Shown here: one piece after another, positions 18,857 to 28,427 of the stretch | How positions within the stretch are numbered: the first letter of the stretch is position 1 | Layout: each line of letters opens with the position of its first letter | Made by a program: the position numbers and the translations under genes | Notes under the pieces: generated by a model | The model's input: only the letters and a program-made list of their open reading frames with translations | Database searches by the model: none | What the model was told of the DNA's origin: nothing | From: a bacterium | GTDB taxonomy: Bacteria; Zhuqueibacterota; Zhuqueibacteria; Oceanimicrobiales; Oceanimicrobiaceae | Reading direction: 5' to 3' | Assembly (NCBI GenBank): GCA_037446635.1 | Contig: JBBIIG010000002.1 | Location: 96,001-160,000 of the forward strand | DNA length: 64,000 nt

Positions 18857-20997
18857 ACATCCAGCACAAACGCGTACTCGAACGCGGTCTCTTTCAGGGC
18901 GTCGTAGCGGCCGGAGGCGCCGCCGTGTCCCGCGCCCATGTTGGTTTTCAAAAGTAGGCGGTTGGCGTCGGTTTTCAGAGCGCGCAGTTTCGCCGTCCAT
19001 TTGGCCGGCTCCCAGTACTGCACCCGCGGGTCATTCAGGCCAGCGGTGATCAGCAAATTGGGATATGCTTTCGCCTCCACATTGTCGTAGGGCGAATACG
19101 ACAGCATGTAATCGAAATATTCTTTGTTTTTGGGATTGCCCCACTCCTCGAACTCCGTCACTGTCAGCGGAATCGATTCGTCCAACATGGTGTTGATGAC
19201 GTCCACGAACGGCACGTGCGCAACGATGACTTTAAACAAATCCGGGCGCAGGTTGGCGACCGCGCCCATCAGCAGGCCGCCGGCGCTGCCGCCCATCGCG
19301 GCCAGCCGGTCGGGCGACGTATATTTCTCCGCAATCAAATGCTCGGCGCAAGCGATGAAATCGGTAAAGGTATTTTTCTTTTTCAGCAGCTTGCCGTCGT
19401 CGTACCACGGCCGCCCCATTTCGCCGCCGCCGCGAATGTGCGCCACCGCAAAAATAAACCCGCGATCCAGCAGGCTCAGCCGCGTCGATTTGAAATCCGG
19501 GTCGCGGCTGGCGCCGTACGAACCGTAGGCGTACAAATAGAGCGGGTTGCGGCCGTCTTTGACCATTCCTTTTTTATACACCAGGGAAATCGGCACCAAC
19601 ACGCCGTCCGCGGCTTTGGCAAAAATGCGCTCGGATTGATACTGCGCGGGGTCGTATCCGCCCAGCACCTCGGTCTGTTTTTTCAACTCGCGGGTGCGGT
19701 TGCTCATGTTATAATCGAACACCGACTCCGGCGTCACCAGCGAGGTGTAACGAAAGCGCAGGACCTCGGTTTTGAATTCGGGATTGTCGCTGATGCGAAT
19801 GGCGTACGCGGGTTCGTCAAACGTGACGTAATGGGTCTGCTGGTTCCGTCCGCCTGCCTGCGCCGGCAGGCGAAGCGGATCCGCGCTTGCGGACAGATCG
19901 GTGACGCGGATTTTGCGCAGACCGTTCTCGCGCTCATATACTACCAAATAATTTTCAAAGGGCTGGATTTCATCAATCTTCACGTTGGCGCGATGCGGAA
20001 TCACCTCCCGCCAATTCTTTTTCGCGGGGTTGGCCACGGGCGCCGCCACCACTTTAAAATTTAGGGCGCCGTCGTTGGTGTTGATATAAAATTTGTCGCC
20101 GTGATGTTCGACATAATATTCCATCTGATGCTGGCGCGGATGAATGATTTTGAAGTCGGCCGCCGGTTTGTTGGCGTCGAGGTAGCGGACTTCGGTGGTG
20201 CTGGCGCTTTCTAATTTCAAAAACAGATAGGCCTGGCTGCGGCTTTTGCCGAGGCCGAGAAAATACATCTCGTCGGTTTCGTGGTAAATCAAAACATCCT
20301 GCTCGACCGGCGTTCCCAGCGTGTGCCGAAAAAGCTTGTACGGACGTTTGGCGTGATCGAAGGTGCTGTAGAAAAACGTGCGGTTGTCGTTGGCCCACTC
20401 CAGCGAATACTCGGTTTTGGGAATCACATCCGGTAGCAATTCGCCGGTGGGGAGATTTTTCACCAGCACGGTGTAGCTTTCGCCGCCGGTGGTATCCACC
20501 GAAAACGCCAGCAGCTCCTGATTGGGGCTGACTTTGAACACACCGACTCTAAAATATTTTCGGCCCGCCGCCAACTGATTTTCATCGAGAATGATCTCCT
20601 CGGGGGCATCGAGGCTGCCTTTTTTGCGGCAGTGGATGGGATACTGCTGGCCCTGCTCGGTGCGCTTGTAGTAAAAATAATCGCCGAATTTTTCCGGCAC
20701 CTCGAGATCGGTTTCTTTGATGCGCGCCACCATTTCGTTATAAAGTTTTTGCTGCAAGTCTTGAGTGTGCGCCATCACGGCTTCGGTGTATTTGTTCTCC
20801 GCTTCAAGATACGCGATCACCTGCGGGTTGTCCCGTTCCCGCAGCCAGAAGTAGTTGTCGGTGCGAGAGACGCCGTGCACGCTGACATCTTTGGGGATAA
20901 CTTTGGCTACCGGCGGGGTTAGATGGCTGCGGTCCGAGCAGGACGCCGCCAAAATCAGAATCAAGCTCAGACAAACGCTGCGCAGTTTCAGGATCAT
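18838..20997 (-). CDS. ptrB: Oligopeptidase B (S9A), lipoprotein
   Basis: DNYFWLR, YGSYG, HIRGGGE, GGSAGG, DPRV, GHGGASGR; AASC lipobox. Confidence 0.93.
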   Translation of the reverse strand: MILKLRSVCLSLILILAASCSDRSHLTPPVAKVIPKDVSVHGVSRTDNYFWLRERDNPQVIAYLEAENKYTEAVMAHTQDLQQKLYNEMVARIKETDLEVPEKFGDYFYYKRTEQGQQYPIHCRKKGSLDAPEEIILDENQLAAGRKYFRVGVFKVSPNQELLAFSVDTTGGESYTVLVKNLPTGELLPDVIPKTEYSLEWANDNRTFFYSTFDHAKRPYKLFRHTLGTPVEQDVLIYHETDEMYFLGLGKSRSQAYLFLKLESASTTEVRYLDANKPAADFKIIHPRQHQMEYYVEHHGDKFYINTNDGALNFKVVAAPVANPAKKNWREVIPHRANVKIDEIQPFENYLVVYERENGLRKIRVTDLSASADPLRLPAQAGGRNQQTHYVTFDEPAYAIRISDNPEFKTEVLRFRYTSLVTPESVFDYNMSNRTRELKKQTEVLGGYDPAQYQSERIFAKAADGVLVPISLVYKKGMVKDGRNPLYLYAYGSYGASRDPDFKSTRLSLLDRGFIFAVAHIRGGGEMGRPWYDDGKLLKKKNTFTDFIACAEHLIAEKYTSPDRLAAMGGSAGGLLMGAVANLRPDLFKVIVAHVPFVDVINTMLDESIPLTVTEFEEWGNPKNKEYFDYMLSYSPYDNVEAKAYPNLLITAGLNDPRVQYWEPAKWTAKLRALKTDANRLLLKTNMGAGHGGASGRYDALKETAFEYAFVLDVLAISD

Positions 20998-21081
20998 TTC
21001 AGGGTCTCCTCTATCAATATTCGAGCGCCGAAATATACAGCTTTGGCCAACAGCAGGCAAATTATTTATTCAAAAATTAAC

Positions 21082-21109
21082 TTGACACTTAGGCTAAGCT
21101 TTTTATCTT
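21082..21109 (+). promoter_or_regulatory. Sigma-70 promoter
   Basis: TTGACA-N16-TATCTT upstream of the radical SAM gene. Confidence 0.45.
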
Positions 21110-21260
21110 TGAGGATTGTTATCCAGCGCTGATTCGCTTTCCTCGACGCTCCACCCTAACTCAGCATTCAGCTCACTTCATACCAATAATGGGATAACAC
21201 GGCGGTTCGTTTCACTAAAAAACGTTTTCCAAGCTGCATCATTTTTAAAAAGGAGATGTT

Positions 21261-22832
21261 ATGCGTAAACTGCGTGTCGGCGTAATCGACCTTGTCACCA
21301 AAGCGCCCACGCGCGCCCTGTACGCGCGGGTGATGCACGCCAATCTTGCCAGCATCATGCCGCAGGTGATTGCGCTCTGGTGCGAGCAGGAGGGGCACGA
21401 GGTGCATTTTGTGTGCTTCACCGGGTTTGAAAATTTAGTCGAAGAGCTGCCGGAAAAAGTTGACCTGGTTTTCATCGGCTCGTTTTCGCAGGCGGCGCAA
21501 TTGGCCTACGCCCTGAGCAATCTTTTCCGCTCAAAGGGCGCGGTTACTGTGCTGGGCGGCCCTCATGCCCGCTGCTACCCGCAGGACGCGCAAAAATATT
21601 TCGACTACGTGCTCGGCTTCACCAACAAAACCATGATCCACGATATTTTGGGCGACTGCTACCCACACCGTCCGCTGGGAATGCGCATGGATGCCGGCGA
21701 GCAGCCGACTTCCCTACCGGGGGTGAAAGAACGCTGGAAATACATCGAGCCCACTCTCAAAAAAGCGCCGCTCATCAAAATCGTGCCGATGTTAGGAAGT
21801 CTTGGCTGCCCCTACACCTGCGGCTTCTGCATCGATGCCGCGGTGAGCTATCAACCGCTGGATTATGATGTGATCAAAGAAGACTTGCGTTTTCTCCTCA
21901 CCAAAATGAAGCGGCCGCGCGTCGCCTGGCATGATCCCAATTTTGGCGTGCGTTTTGACGAAATCATGGACGCCATCGAGGAAGCGGCGCCGCCGGACAG
22001 CATCGATTTCATTGCCGAAAGCAGTTTGTCGCTGCTGGCGGAGCCGAACTTGAAGCGCCTTAAACGCAACGGCTTCAAAGCGCTGCTCCCCGGAATCGAG
22101 TCGTGGTACGATCTCGGCAATAAATCCAAAACCGGCGCCCGGCAGGGAATGGAAAAAGTGCGGCGCGTCTCCGAGCACGTCAACCTGATTATGAAATACA
22201 TCCCCTACGTGCAAACCAATTTTGTGCTGGGGCTGGACGTGGATGAAGGCGCCGAGCCCTTCGAGCTTACCAAGCGTTTCGTGGATTTGACGCCGGCCGC
22301 CTTTCCCGGCTACTCGCTGCTCTCGGCTTTCGGGCAGGCCGCGCAGCTCAACCTCGATTACCAGCGCGCCAACCGCGTGCTGCCCTTCCCCTTCCACTTT
22401 CTCAACAATAATCACGCGATGAATGTGCGGCCGAAAAATTACACCTGGCCGGAATTTTATGATTACGTGGTGGACTTAACCAAATATACCTTTTCCTGGG
22501 AAAGAATCTGGAAACGCCACCAAGCCACGCGCATGGCCATCCCCAAGTGGATGAATTCCATTCGCGGCGTGTCATCCGAAGGGTTTGGCCGCATTCGCTA
22601 CCACAGTGAAATTCGCCGCCGCCTGGACGAGGATTTGGAACTGCGGCGCTTCTTCGAGCAGGAGACCAATGAAATTCCGCAATTTTACGTGAACCGCGTG
22701 AAGACGGAATTAGGCCCGCTGTGGCAATGGCTGCCCAAAGGCGCGCTCTATCACGATCCGCACGCCTATCTCAAAGCCGAGCAGGCGAATAATTTATCAC
22801 GGAAGGCGATTTTGGCAGTGGCGGCTGGGTAA
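21261..22832 (+). CDS. B12-binding-domain radical SAM protein
   Basis: VLGGPHA, GCPYTCGFC (CxxxCxxC), DPNF, GIES, FVLGLD. Confidence 0.88.
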   Translation: MRKLRVGVIDLVTKAPTRALYARVMHANLASIMPQVIALWCEQEGHEVHFVCFTGFENLVEELPEKVDLVFIGSFSQAAQLAYALSNLFRSKGAVTVLGGPHARCYPQDAQKYFDYVLGFTNKTMIHDILGDCYPHRPLGMRMDAGEQPTSLPGVKERWKYIEPTLKKAPLIKIVPMLGSLGCPYTCGFCIDAAVSYQPLDYDVIKEDLRFLLTKMKRPRVAWHDPNFGVRFDEIMDAIEEAAPPDSIDFIAESSLSLLAEPNLKRLKRNGFKALLPGIESWYDLGNKSKTGARQGMEKVRRVSEHVNLIMKYIPYVQTNFVLGLDVDEGAEPFELTKRFVDLTPAAFPGYSLLSAFGQAAQLNLDYQRANRVLPFPFHFLNNNHAMNVRPKNYTWPEFYDYVVDLTKYTFSWERIWKRHQATRMAIPKWMNSIRGVSSEGFGRIRYHSEIRRRLDEDLELRRFFEQETNEIPQFYVNRVKTELGPLWQWLPKGALYHDPHAYLKAEQANNLSRKAILAVAAG

Positions 22833-22906
22833 GGTGGATTTCAAGAGCGGAATAAAGAGGAAAACCTGCAGTGACCATAACAAATAAACCTAACAGGAGG
22901 AACAAC

Positions 22907-23305
22907 ATGAACAATCTCAGCCGTACGGTGGCAGGCGTTGTATTCGCTGCTCTAACCTTCGTCTTGGTTACGAAGTCAGCCGAGGCGCAAGACGCTGTCA
23001 AAGTAGCCCCGAAGCATTACAAAGTGGAGATCGAAAACGACCAGGTGCGGGTGCTGCGAATTAGTTATGGCCCGCATGAAAAAGCTGCCATGCACGAGCA
23101 TCCTGCCAGCGTGGCCGTTTTCCTAACCGCTGGCAAGGGGAAATTTACCTATCCAGACGGAAAAACTGAGGAGATCAGTTGGGAAGCCGGGCAAACACTG
23201 TGGCTGCCTGCGGTCAAACACCAGCCAGAAAATCTAACCGATCAACCTTTTGAGCTTATTCAGGTGGAATTCAAGGCCAAAGAACCAGAGGTTGAGAAAA
23301 AATAA
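22907..23305 (+). CDS. Secreted cupin-domain protein
   Basis: Signal peptide, ENDQVRVL, MHEHP, H..EN. Confidence 0.8.
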   Translation: MNNLSRTVAGVVFAALTFVLVTKSAEAQDAVKVAPKHYKVEIENDQVRVLRISYGPHEKAAMHEHPASVAVFLTAGKGKFTYPDGKTEEISWEAGQTLWLPAVKHQPENLTDQPFELIQVEFKAKEPEVEKK

Positions 23306-23431
23306 GCCACGGGGAATTTGGTCTTGGGTTGCAGGCCACGTATCGAATGGCTGGTGCGGACGGGGTGACGGCGACATGATTTAATCCGAACTTCTTGTAA
23401 GTCGCCCCGCCGTACAGATAGGCCTTTACCT

Positions 23432-24751
23432 CTAAAGCCGCTCTCTTAAATACTCCACTAATAGATCGCTCGCCACCCGCTCCTGCGTCATGGAATCCCG
23501 CTCGCGCACGGTGACCGTTTGATCTTGCAGCGTCTGCGAATCCACCGTGATGCCGAAGGGCGTGCCGGCCTCGTCCTGGCGGCGATAGCGCCGGCCGATG
23601 GCGCCGCTCTCGTCGTAAAAGACCATGAAATGCTTCTTCAAATCCTCGTAAATTTTGAGCGCAATTTCCGGCATGCCGTCGCGCTTCACCAACGGAAAGA
23701 TGCCGGCTTTGATCGGCGCAATTTTCGGGGAGAGCCGCAGCACCACGCGGGTTTCGCCTTCCACTTCGTCTTCGTCGTAGGCGTCCACCAAACAGGTGAG
23801 GATGGTGCGGTCGCAGCCGGCAGAGGTTTCGATGATGTAGGGGATGAAGCGCTCGCGGGTGGCGTCGTCAAAATATGTCAAATCTTTGCCGGAGAATTCC
23901 TGGTGGCGCTTCAAATCGAAGTCGGTGCGGTTGTGAATGCCCTCCAATTCTTTCCACCCGAACGGGAAGTTGTATTGAATATCGAACGCCGCGGCGGCGT
24001 AGTGCGCCAGCTCGTCTTTGCCGTGTTCGTGAAAACGCAGATTCTCTCGGCGGATACCCAGCGCATCGTACCACTGGATGCGCTGCTCTTTCCAGTATTC
24101 GAACCACTCGCGATCGCTGCCGGGCTTCACGAAAAACTGCATCTCCATCTGCTCGAACTCGCGGGTGCGAAAAGTGAAATTTTTGGGGGTGATTTCGTTG
24201 CGAAAGGCTTTGCCGATCTGCGCGATGCCGAACGGCACTTTTTTGCGCGCCGACTGCAGCACGTTGGGAAAATTCACATAAATGCCCTGCGCGGTTTCGG
24301 GCCGCAGATAAACGATGGCGGCTTCATCCTCCACCGGACCCATGTGAGTTTTGAACATCAAATTGAACATGCGGGCGGCGGTGTTGAGCTCGCCGCCGCA
24401 TACCGGACACTGGGGTTTTTCCAGCTCATCCGGGCGGAAACGGCGCTTGCAGATTTTGCAGTCCACCATCGGGTCGGTGAAGCCGGCCACGTGGCCGGAG
24501 GCTTCCCAAATTTTGGGGTGCATCAAAATCGCGGAGTCCAGCCCCACAATGTCGTCGCGGGTTTGCACCATGCTTTTCCACCAAAACTCTTTGATGTTCT
24601 TTTTCAGTTCCACGCCCAGCGGGCCGTAATCGTAGCAGCTATCGAGTCCGCCATAAATTTCGCTGGATTGAAAAATGTATCCCCGCCGTTTGCACAGCGA
24701 GACCAGTTTATTCATCAAATTTCCTGATTGCACAGATTTCTCTTTTGCCAT
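23432..24751 (-). CDS. glyQS: Glycine--tRNA ligase, alpha2 type
   Basis: YDYGPLG, LRPETAQG, FRNEITP, REFEQME, IGRRYRRQDE. Confidence 0.96.
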   Translation of the reverse strand: MAKEKSVQSGNLMNKLVSLCKRRGYIFQSSEIYGGLDSCYDYGPLGVELKKNIKEFWWKSMVQTRDDIVGLDSAILMHPKIWEASGHVAGFTDPMVDCKICKRRFRPDELEKPQCPVCGGELNTAARMFNLMFKTHMGPVEDEAAIVYLRPETAQGIYVNFPNVLQSARKKVPFGIAQIGKAFRNEITPKNFTFRTREFEQMEMQFFVKPGSDREWFEYWKEQRIQWYDALGIRRENLRFHEHGKDELAHYAAAAFDIQYNFPFGWKELEGIHNRTDFDLKRHQEFSGKDLTYFDDATRERFIPYIIETSAGCDRTILTCLVDAYDEDEVEGETRVVLRLSPKIAPIKAGIFPLVKRDGMPEIALKIYEDLKKHFMVFYDESGAIGRRYRRQDEAGTPFGITVDSQTLQDQTVTVRERDSMTQERVASDLLVEYLRERL

Positions 24752-24760
24752 GAAACGTCC

Positions 24761-25798
24761 TTAGTTGAGTTTCCCCTGTTTGAGGATTTTAGTTGCCTGC
24801 TCCGGAGACACGCCGTTGATGGGAAATCCCGAGCCGATATCGAAACTGGTGAAGCCGCGGAAGCGCGGGGTGATTTCAAAGTGCCAGTGGTAATCGCGCT
24901 CGAGGGTTCGCCAATAGCCGCGCAATTTGCCGGTGGCGACGTTGGGGCCGGAGTGCAGCACCATCACGTAATTGGGATTATTGAGGGTGGTGTTGATGCG
25001 CTGCAAAATGTCTTTCAAAATGGCGGCCAGCGCGGCGTGGTCGTTGTTCCATTCAAAAAAAGTTTCGTGCTGCTGCGGCAGCAGCCAAATTTCAAACGGC
25101 GAGCGCGAAGCAAAAGGTGAGATGGCGACAAATTTTTCGTTGGCGGCGATCACGCGCTCATCATCGCTCAACTCCTGGTACAAAATATCGCAAAACAAAC
25201 AGCGCTCTTTATAGCGATAGTGCTCCATCGCGCTCATCAGCTCATATTTGACGCGGGTGGGCGTGATGGGCGTGGCGATGATGTGAGAATAGGAATGTTC
25301 CGCTGTTTCAACCTGGCCTTCGCCATAATTTTTATGAAGCAGGACGTAACGAAAACGCAGGTCGCGCTTCAAATCCAGAAAGCGCTCGCGGTAGGCGGCT
25401 AAGACATCCTGAATCTGCGGCAATTCCATGTCTGGCAGCTGCACGTTGTGATCCGGCGATTCGATAACCAACTCGTGGGCGCCGATGCCGTCAAGGACGT
25501 CGTAAATGCCCACGCCGCGATTGTTCAAATCGCCAAAAATTTGCAGCACCGGTTGGCGCTCCGGTATCACCCGCACCGACCAGCCCGGCTGATCTTTTTG
25601 CGAGCCGTTATGGCGAATCGAAAAAATTTCCGGGGCCGTAGTTCCTTCAAAGGTGCTGCAAAAATTGCAGGGGCCGGCAGTTCTCTTTTCGCCGCTGCGT
25701 TTTCTTATTTGGCGGCTGTCCACCACATCTTTGATGTTGTATTCTTCGAGGATGATCGACCACTGGCCGGTGACCGGATTTCTTCTAAATTGGTTCAT
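24761..25798 (-). CDS. GalT-family hexose-1-phosphate uridylyltransferase-like protein with altered active site
   Basis: CNFC, G.HELVIESPDH, CLFCD, YHWHFEI.PR, PE..A; HxHxQ motif reads HSYSH. Confidence 0.85.
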   Translation of the reverse strand: MNQFRRNPVTGQWSIILEEYNIKDVVDSRQIRKRSGEKRTAGPCNFCSTFEGTTAPEIFSIRHNGSQKDQPGWSVRVIPERQPVLQIFGDLNNRGVGIYDVLDGIGAHELVIESPDHNVQLPDMELPQIQDVLAAYRERFLDLKRDLRFRYVLLHKNYGEGQVETAEHSYSHIIATPITPTRVKYELMSAMEHYRYKERCLFCDILYQELSDDERVIAANEKFVAISPFASRSPFEIWLLPQQHETFFEWNNDHAALAAILKDILQRINTTLNNPNYVMVLHSGPNVATGKLRGYWRTLERDYHWHFEITPRFRGFTSFDIGSGFPINGVSPEQATKILKQGKLN

Positions 25799-25831
25799 AG
25801 AATTACAGATCTCCTATTAAACGTTCGCGGC

Positions 25832-26995
25832 TTAATCCGCGGGTTCGCGGTTGGCCGGCGGGTACGATGGCGCGGCCATCGCGTCGGCGTTTTCCTCAGC
25901 GTTGTTTTCCGGCTCCTGGCGGGTCAAAAGATTTTCGCCGTCGCGCACTTTGCGCAGTATCAAAAACAGGATGGTGCTGCCGGTGTTGAAAGTGGCGAGC
26001 AAATAGGAAAACACCAGCCCGGCGACGATCAAAGCGTTAATAGCAAAAAAATAGGCGGACACCTGTTCGGTCAGCGGCAGCTCCAGCGCCGCAACCTCTC
26101 TCGAGAAATAAAAATGGCGCGCAAACTCACCAAATAGTTTGTGAACGGCGTTGTCGAGTGGTGCGGTCCAGGAATGCAGGAGGAATTGGCCGTGCGCCGC
26201 CAGCCGTGCAAATTTGTCGCCCATGGAAAATAGGAACAGGAAATTCATCACCAAGAAAGAGGATTTGACGAGAATCGCCATAATCACAAATCCGATGACG
26301 CTGAGGCCGCACACGATGCTTTCATAAAAAACCACTCGCCAGGGCTGGCTCCAAACCGTGGAAAAGCTTTGGAAGATCGCTTCGAAGGCGTCCTCGTTGG
26401 TGGTCGCCAAAATCGCCGGCGTCAGCAAAACCGAAGCGGCGGTCACGATCAAAAAAAAGACCATGAGCAGCGCGGCGATCATCCACATCAAAGCGAAAAA
26501 AGAAATTCCCAATTCGCCTACGTAGGGCGCGCGGCCCAAAAATCCAAACAAGCACGCAGACAGAATAAATACCAGAATGATAATGGCGATCCCCAGCGGG
26601 GTGAGCACGGCAGAGCCGCTTTTGTGCAGCGCGAACACCAGCGCTTCCCGCCAGGTGTAAAAGCTGCGGCCTTTCATCGCCATAAACGTGGCGCGCGACA
26701 CCGCGATGTTGCCCACTAAAAAAAGCACCGTCAGGTAAAAGCACCCGAATCCAAAAACAATTTTGGAGATCAGCGGCGGGTTGACTTGCACGGCAAACAA
26801 ACAGGGGAACAAGCCGAACTCGCTGGCGACCTGCGGGTAGCTGTAGCCGGCCAGCAAAAAACTGGCGACGGTAAAACCATAATACCCCAAATAGCCGCCG
26901 ACCAACGCGATAAATTGCAGCCAAATTCGTTGAATGCTCAACGCGATGCGATTGGAGCGAAATAAATCCTCTGCGTTAAATTTCAGTTCCGTCAT
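25832..26995 (-). CDS. Hypothetical multi-pass membrane protein
   Basis: 387 aa with several hydrophobic segments, in operon context. Confidence 0.7.
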   Translation of the reverse strand: MTELKFNAEDLFRSNRIALSIQRIWLQFIALVGGYLGYYGFTVASFLLAGYSYPQVASEFGLFPCLFAVQVNPPLISKIVFGFGCFYLTVLFLVGNIAVSRATFMAMKGRSFYTWREALVFALHKSGSAVLTPLGIAIIILVFILSACLFGFLGRAPYVGELGISFFALMWMIAALLMVFFLIVTAASVLLTPAILATTNEDAFEAIFQSFSTVWSQPWRVVFYESIVCGLSVIGFVIMAILVKSSFLVMNFLFLFSMGDKFARLAAHGQFLLHSWTAPLDNAVHKLFGEFARHFYFSREVAALELPLTEQVSAYFFAINALIVAGLVFSYLLATFNTGSTILFLILRKVRDGENLLTRQEPENNAEENADAMAAPSYPPANREPAD

Positions 26996-27101
26996 TTGTT
27001 GCCTTTCGCTGATCCGGTTGCTTCAACAAACGAGTGCATTTTAAAGAAAATAAAGAAGTCGGTCAAGAGAAAAGATGGCAGTGGTTATGACAATCTCGCG
27101 C

Positions 27102-28427
27102 CTAACTCTCTCGCAATGCAAGCCGGCCATCTGCCGCCGGCGTCTCCTTTTTAAGCTGCACCCACAAAATGCGATTGCGCTCGATCTTTTCAATAGTAAA
27201 AGTATAGCCATCGTATTTGACGACTTCATTCGCGCTGGGGACGTGGCCGGTCAAACTCAAAATGAAACCGCCGAGGGTTTCAAATTCCCCCTCAGTGGGC
27301 AAATCAAAATTGAGCTTTTCGTTCAATTCGTGCAAATCCATTTTGGCGTCGATCAAAAACGTATTGTCGTCGAGCTTGCGGTAGAGCGGCTGCTCTTCGT
27401 CGTACTCATCTTGAATTTCGCCGACGATTTCCTCGATCACGTCTTCGAGGGTCACCAGCCCCGAGGTGCCGCCGTATTCGTCCACCACAATCGCCATGTG
27501 AGATTTGGTCTGTTGAAAATCCCGCAGCAGATTGTGGAGCTTTTTATTTTCCGGGACGAAATAGGCCGGGCGCGCCAGCTTTTTCAAATCCAACTTTTCC
27601 GGTGGATTTTTAATGACGCTCAACAGATCTTTGACGTGGATGATGCCCAAAATCTGATCGATGTCGCCGCGGTAGAGCGGGAGGCGGCTGTGCTGATTTT
27701 CGCTGATGATTTTGATCAATTGGTCGAGGGTGGCGTTTTCTTCCACGCACACCATGTCGGTGCGCGGCGCCATGATTTCATAAACTTCGGTGTCGCCAAA
27801 CTCGAAGATGGAGTGGATCATGGCGCGCTCGGAGTCTTTGAGATCGGCGATCTCCTCTCCCTCTTCCACGATGGTCGCTATAATTTTTTGGCGATGCAGG
27901 AAATCGCGCTTGTGGGCCACGTCAAAACGGTGGGCGATTTTTCGGAAAATATTGGCGGCGATTTTGGCAAGCGGTCGCGTCAAATTATAGAACATCGTCG
28001 CTGCCCCGGCAAGCGCTTCAGCAAATTCCTGATTGTTGCTCAAGACGATGAGGTTGGCCCAAATCTCGTCAAGAAAAAATAGCAGTAATACGCTCAACCC
28101 AACGCCTGCCAACACACCGTAGCCCCACGCAAGATCATTTTTTGCGGCAACGGCCAGCGACAGAAAAAGAACAACCGTCATCAACAAAACGTTAGCGAGG
28201 AGCAGCACTCCTCTCACGGCCATCAAAAATGAACGCTTGTTGCGAAGCAGGAAGAGGACCCGCGGCGCAGCCTTGGTGCGCTTTTCTGAAAATTCCTTTT
28301 CTTCGATTTCGGAGAAAGACAAAAACGCAGATTGCATCGCAGCGAAAGTCGCAGACAACAGCAAAAACGCGACAAAAGACGCCAGCAGCAAAATCAAATT
28401 CAAATTGGATTCTAAGAGAGCACTCAT
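27102..28427 (-). CDS. CNNM/CBS/CorC (hemolysin-like) protein
   Basis: DUF21 TM region, M.PR, HSRLP, VDEYGGTSGLVTLED..EEIVGEIQDEYD, CorC tail. Confidence 0.93.
   Translation of the reverse strand: MSALLESNLNLILLLASFVAFLLLSATFAAMQSAFLSFSEIEEKEFSEKRTKAAPRVLFLLRNKRSFLMAVRGVLLLANVLLMTVVLFLSLAVAAKNDLAWGYGVLAGVGLSVLLLFFLDEIWANLIVLSNNQEFAEALAGAATMFYNLTRPLAKIAANIFRKIAHRFDVAHKRDFLHRQKIIATIVEEGEEIADLKDSERAMIHSIFEFGDTEVYEIMAPRTDMVCVEENATLDQLIKIISENQHSRLPLYRGDIDQILGIIHVKDLLSVIKNPPEKLDLKKLARPAYFVPENKKLHNLLRDFQQTKSHMAIVVDEYGGTSGLVTLEDVIEEIVGEIQDEYDEEQPLYRKLDDNTFLIDAKMDLHELNEKLNFDLPTEGEFETLGGFILSLTGHVPSANEVVKYDGYTFTIEKIERNRILWVQLKKETPAADGRLALRES

Noticed and set aside
23519..24727. 402-aa plus-strand ORF
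   Set aside because: Antisense shadow of glyQS; no recognisable motifs.
27075..28082. 335-aa plus-strand ORF
   Set aside because: Antisense shadow of the CNNM/CorC gene.
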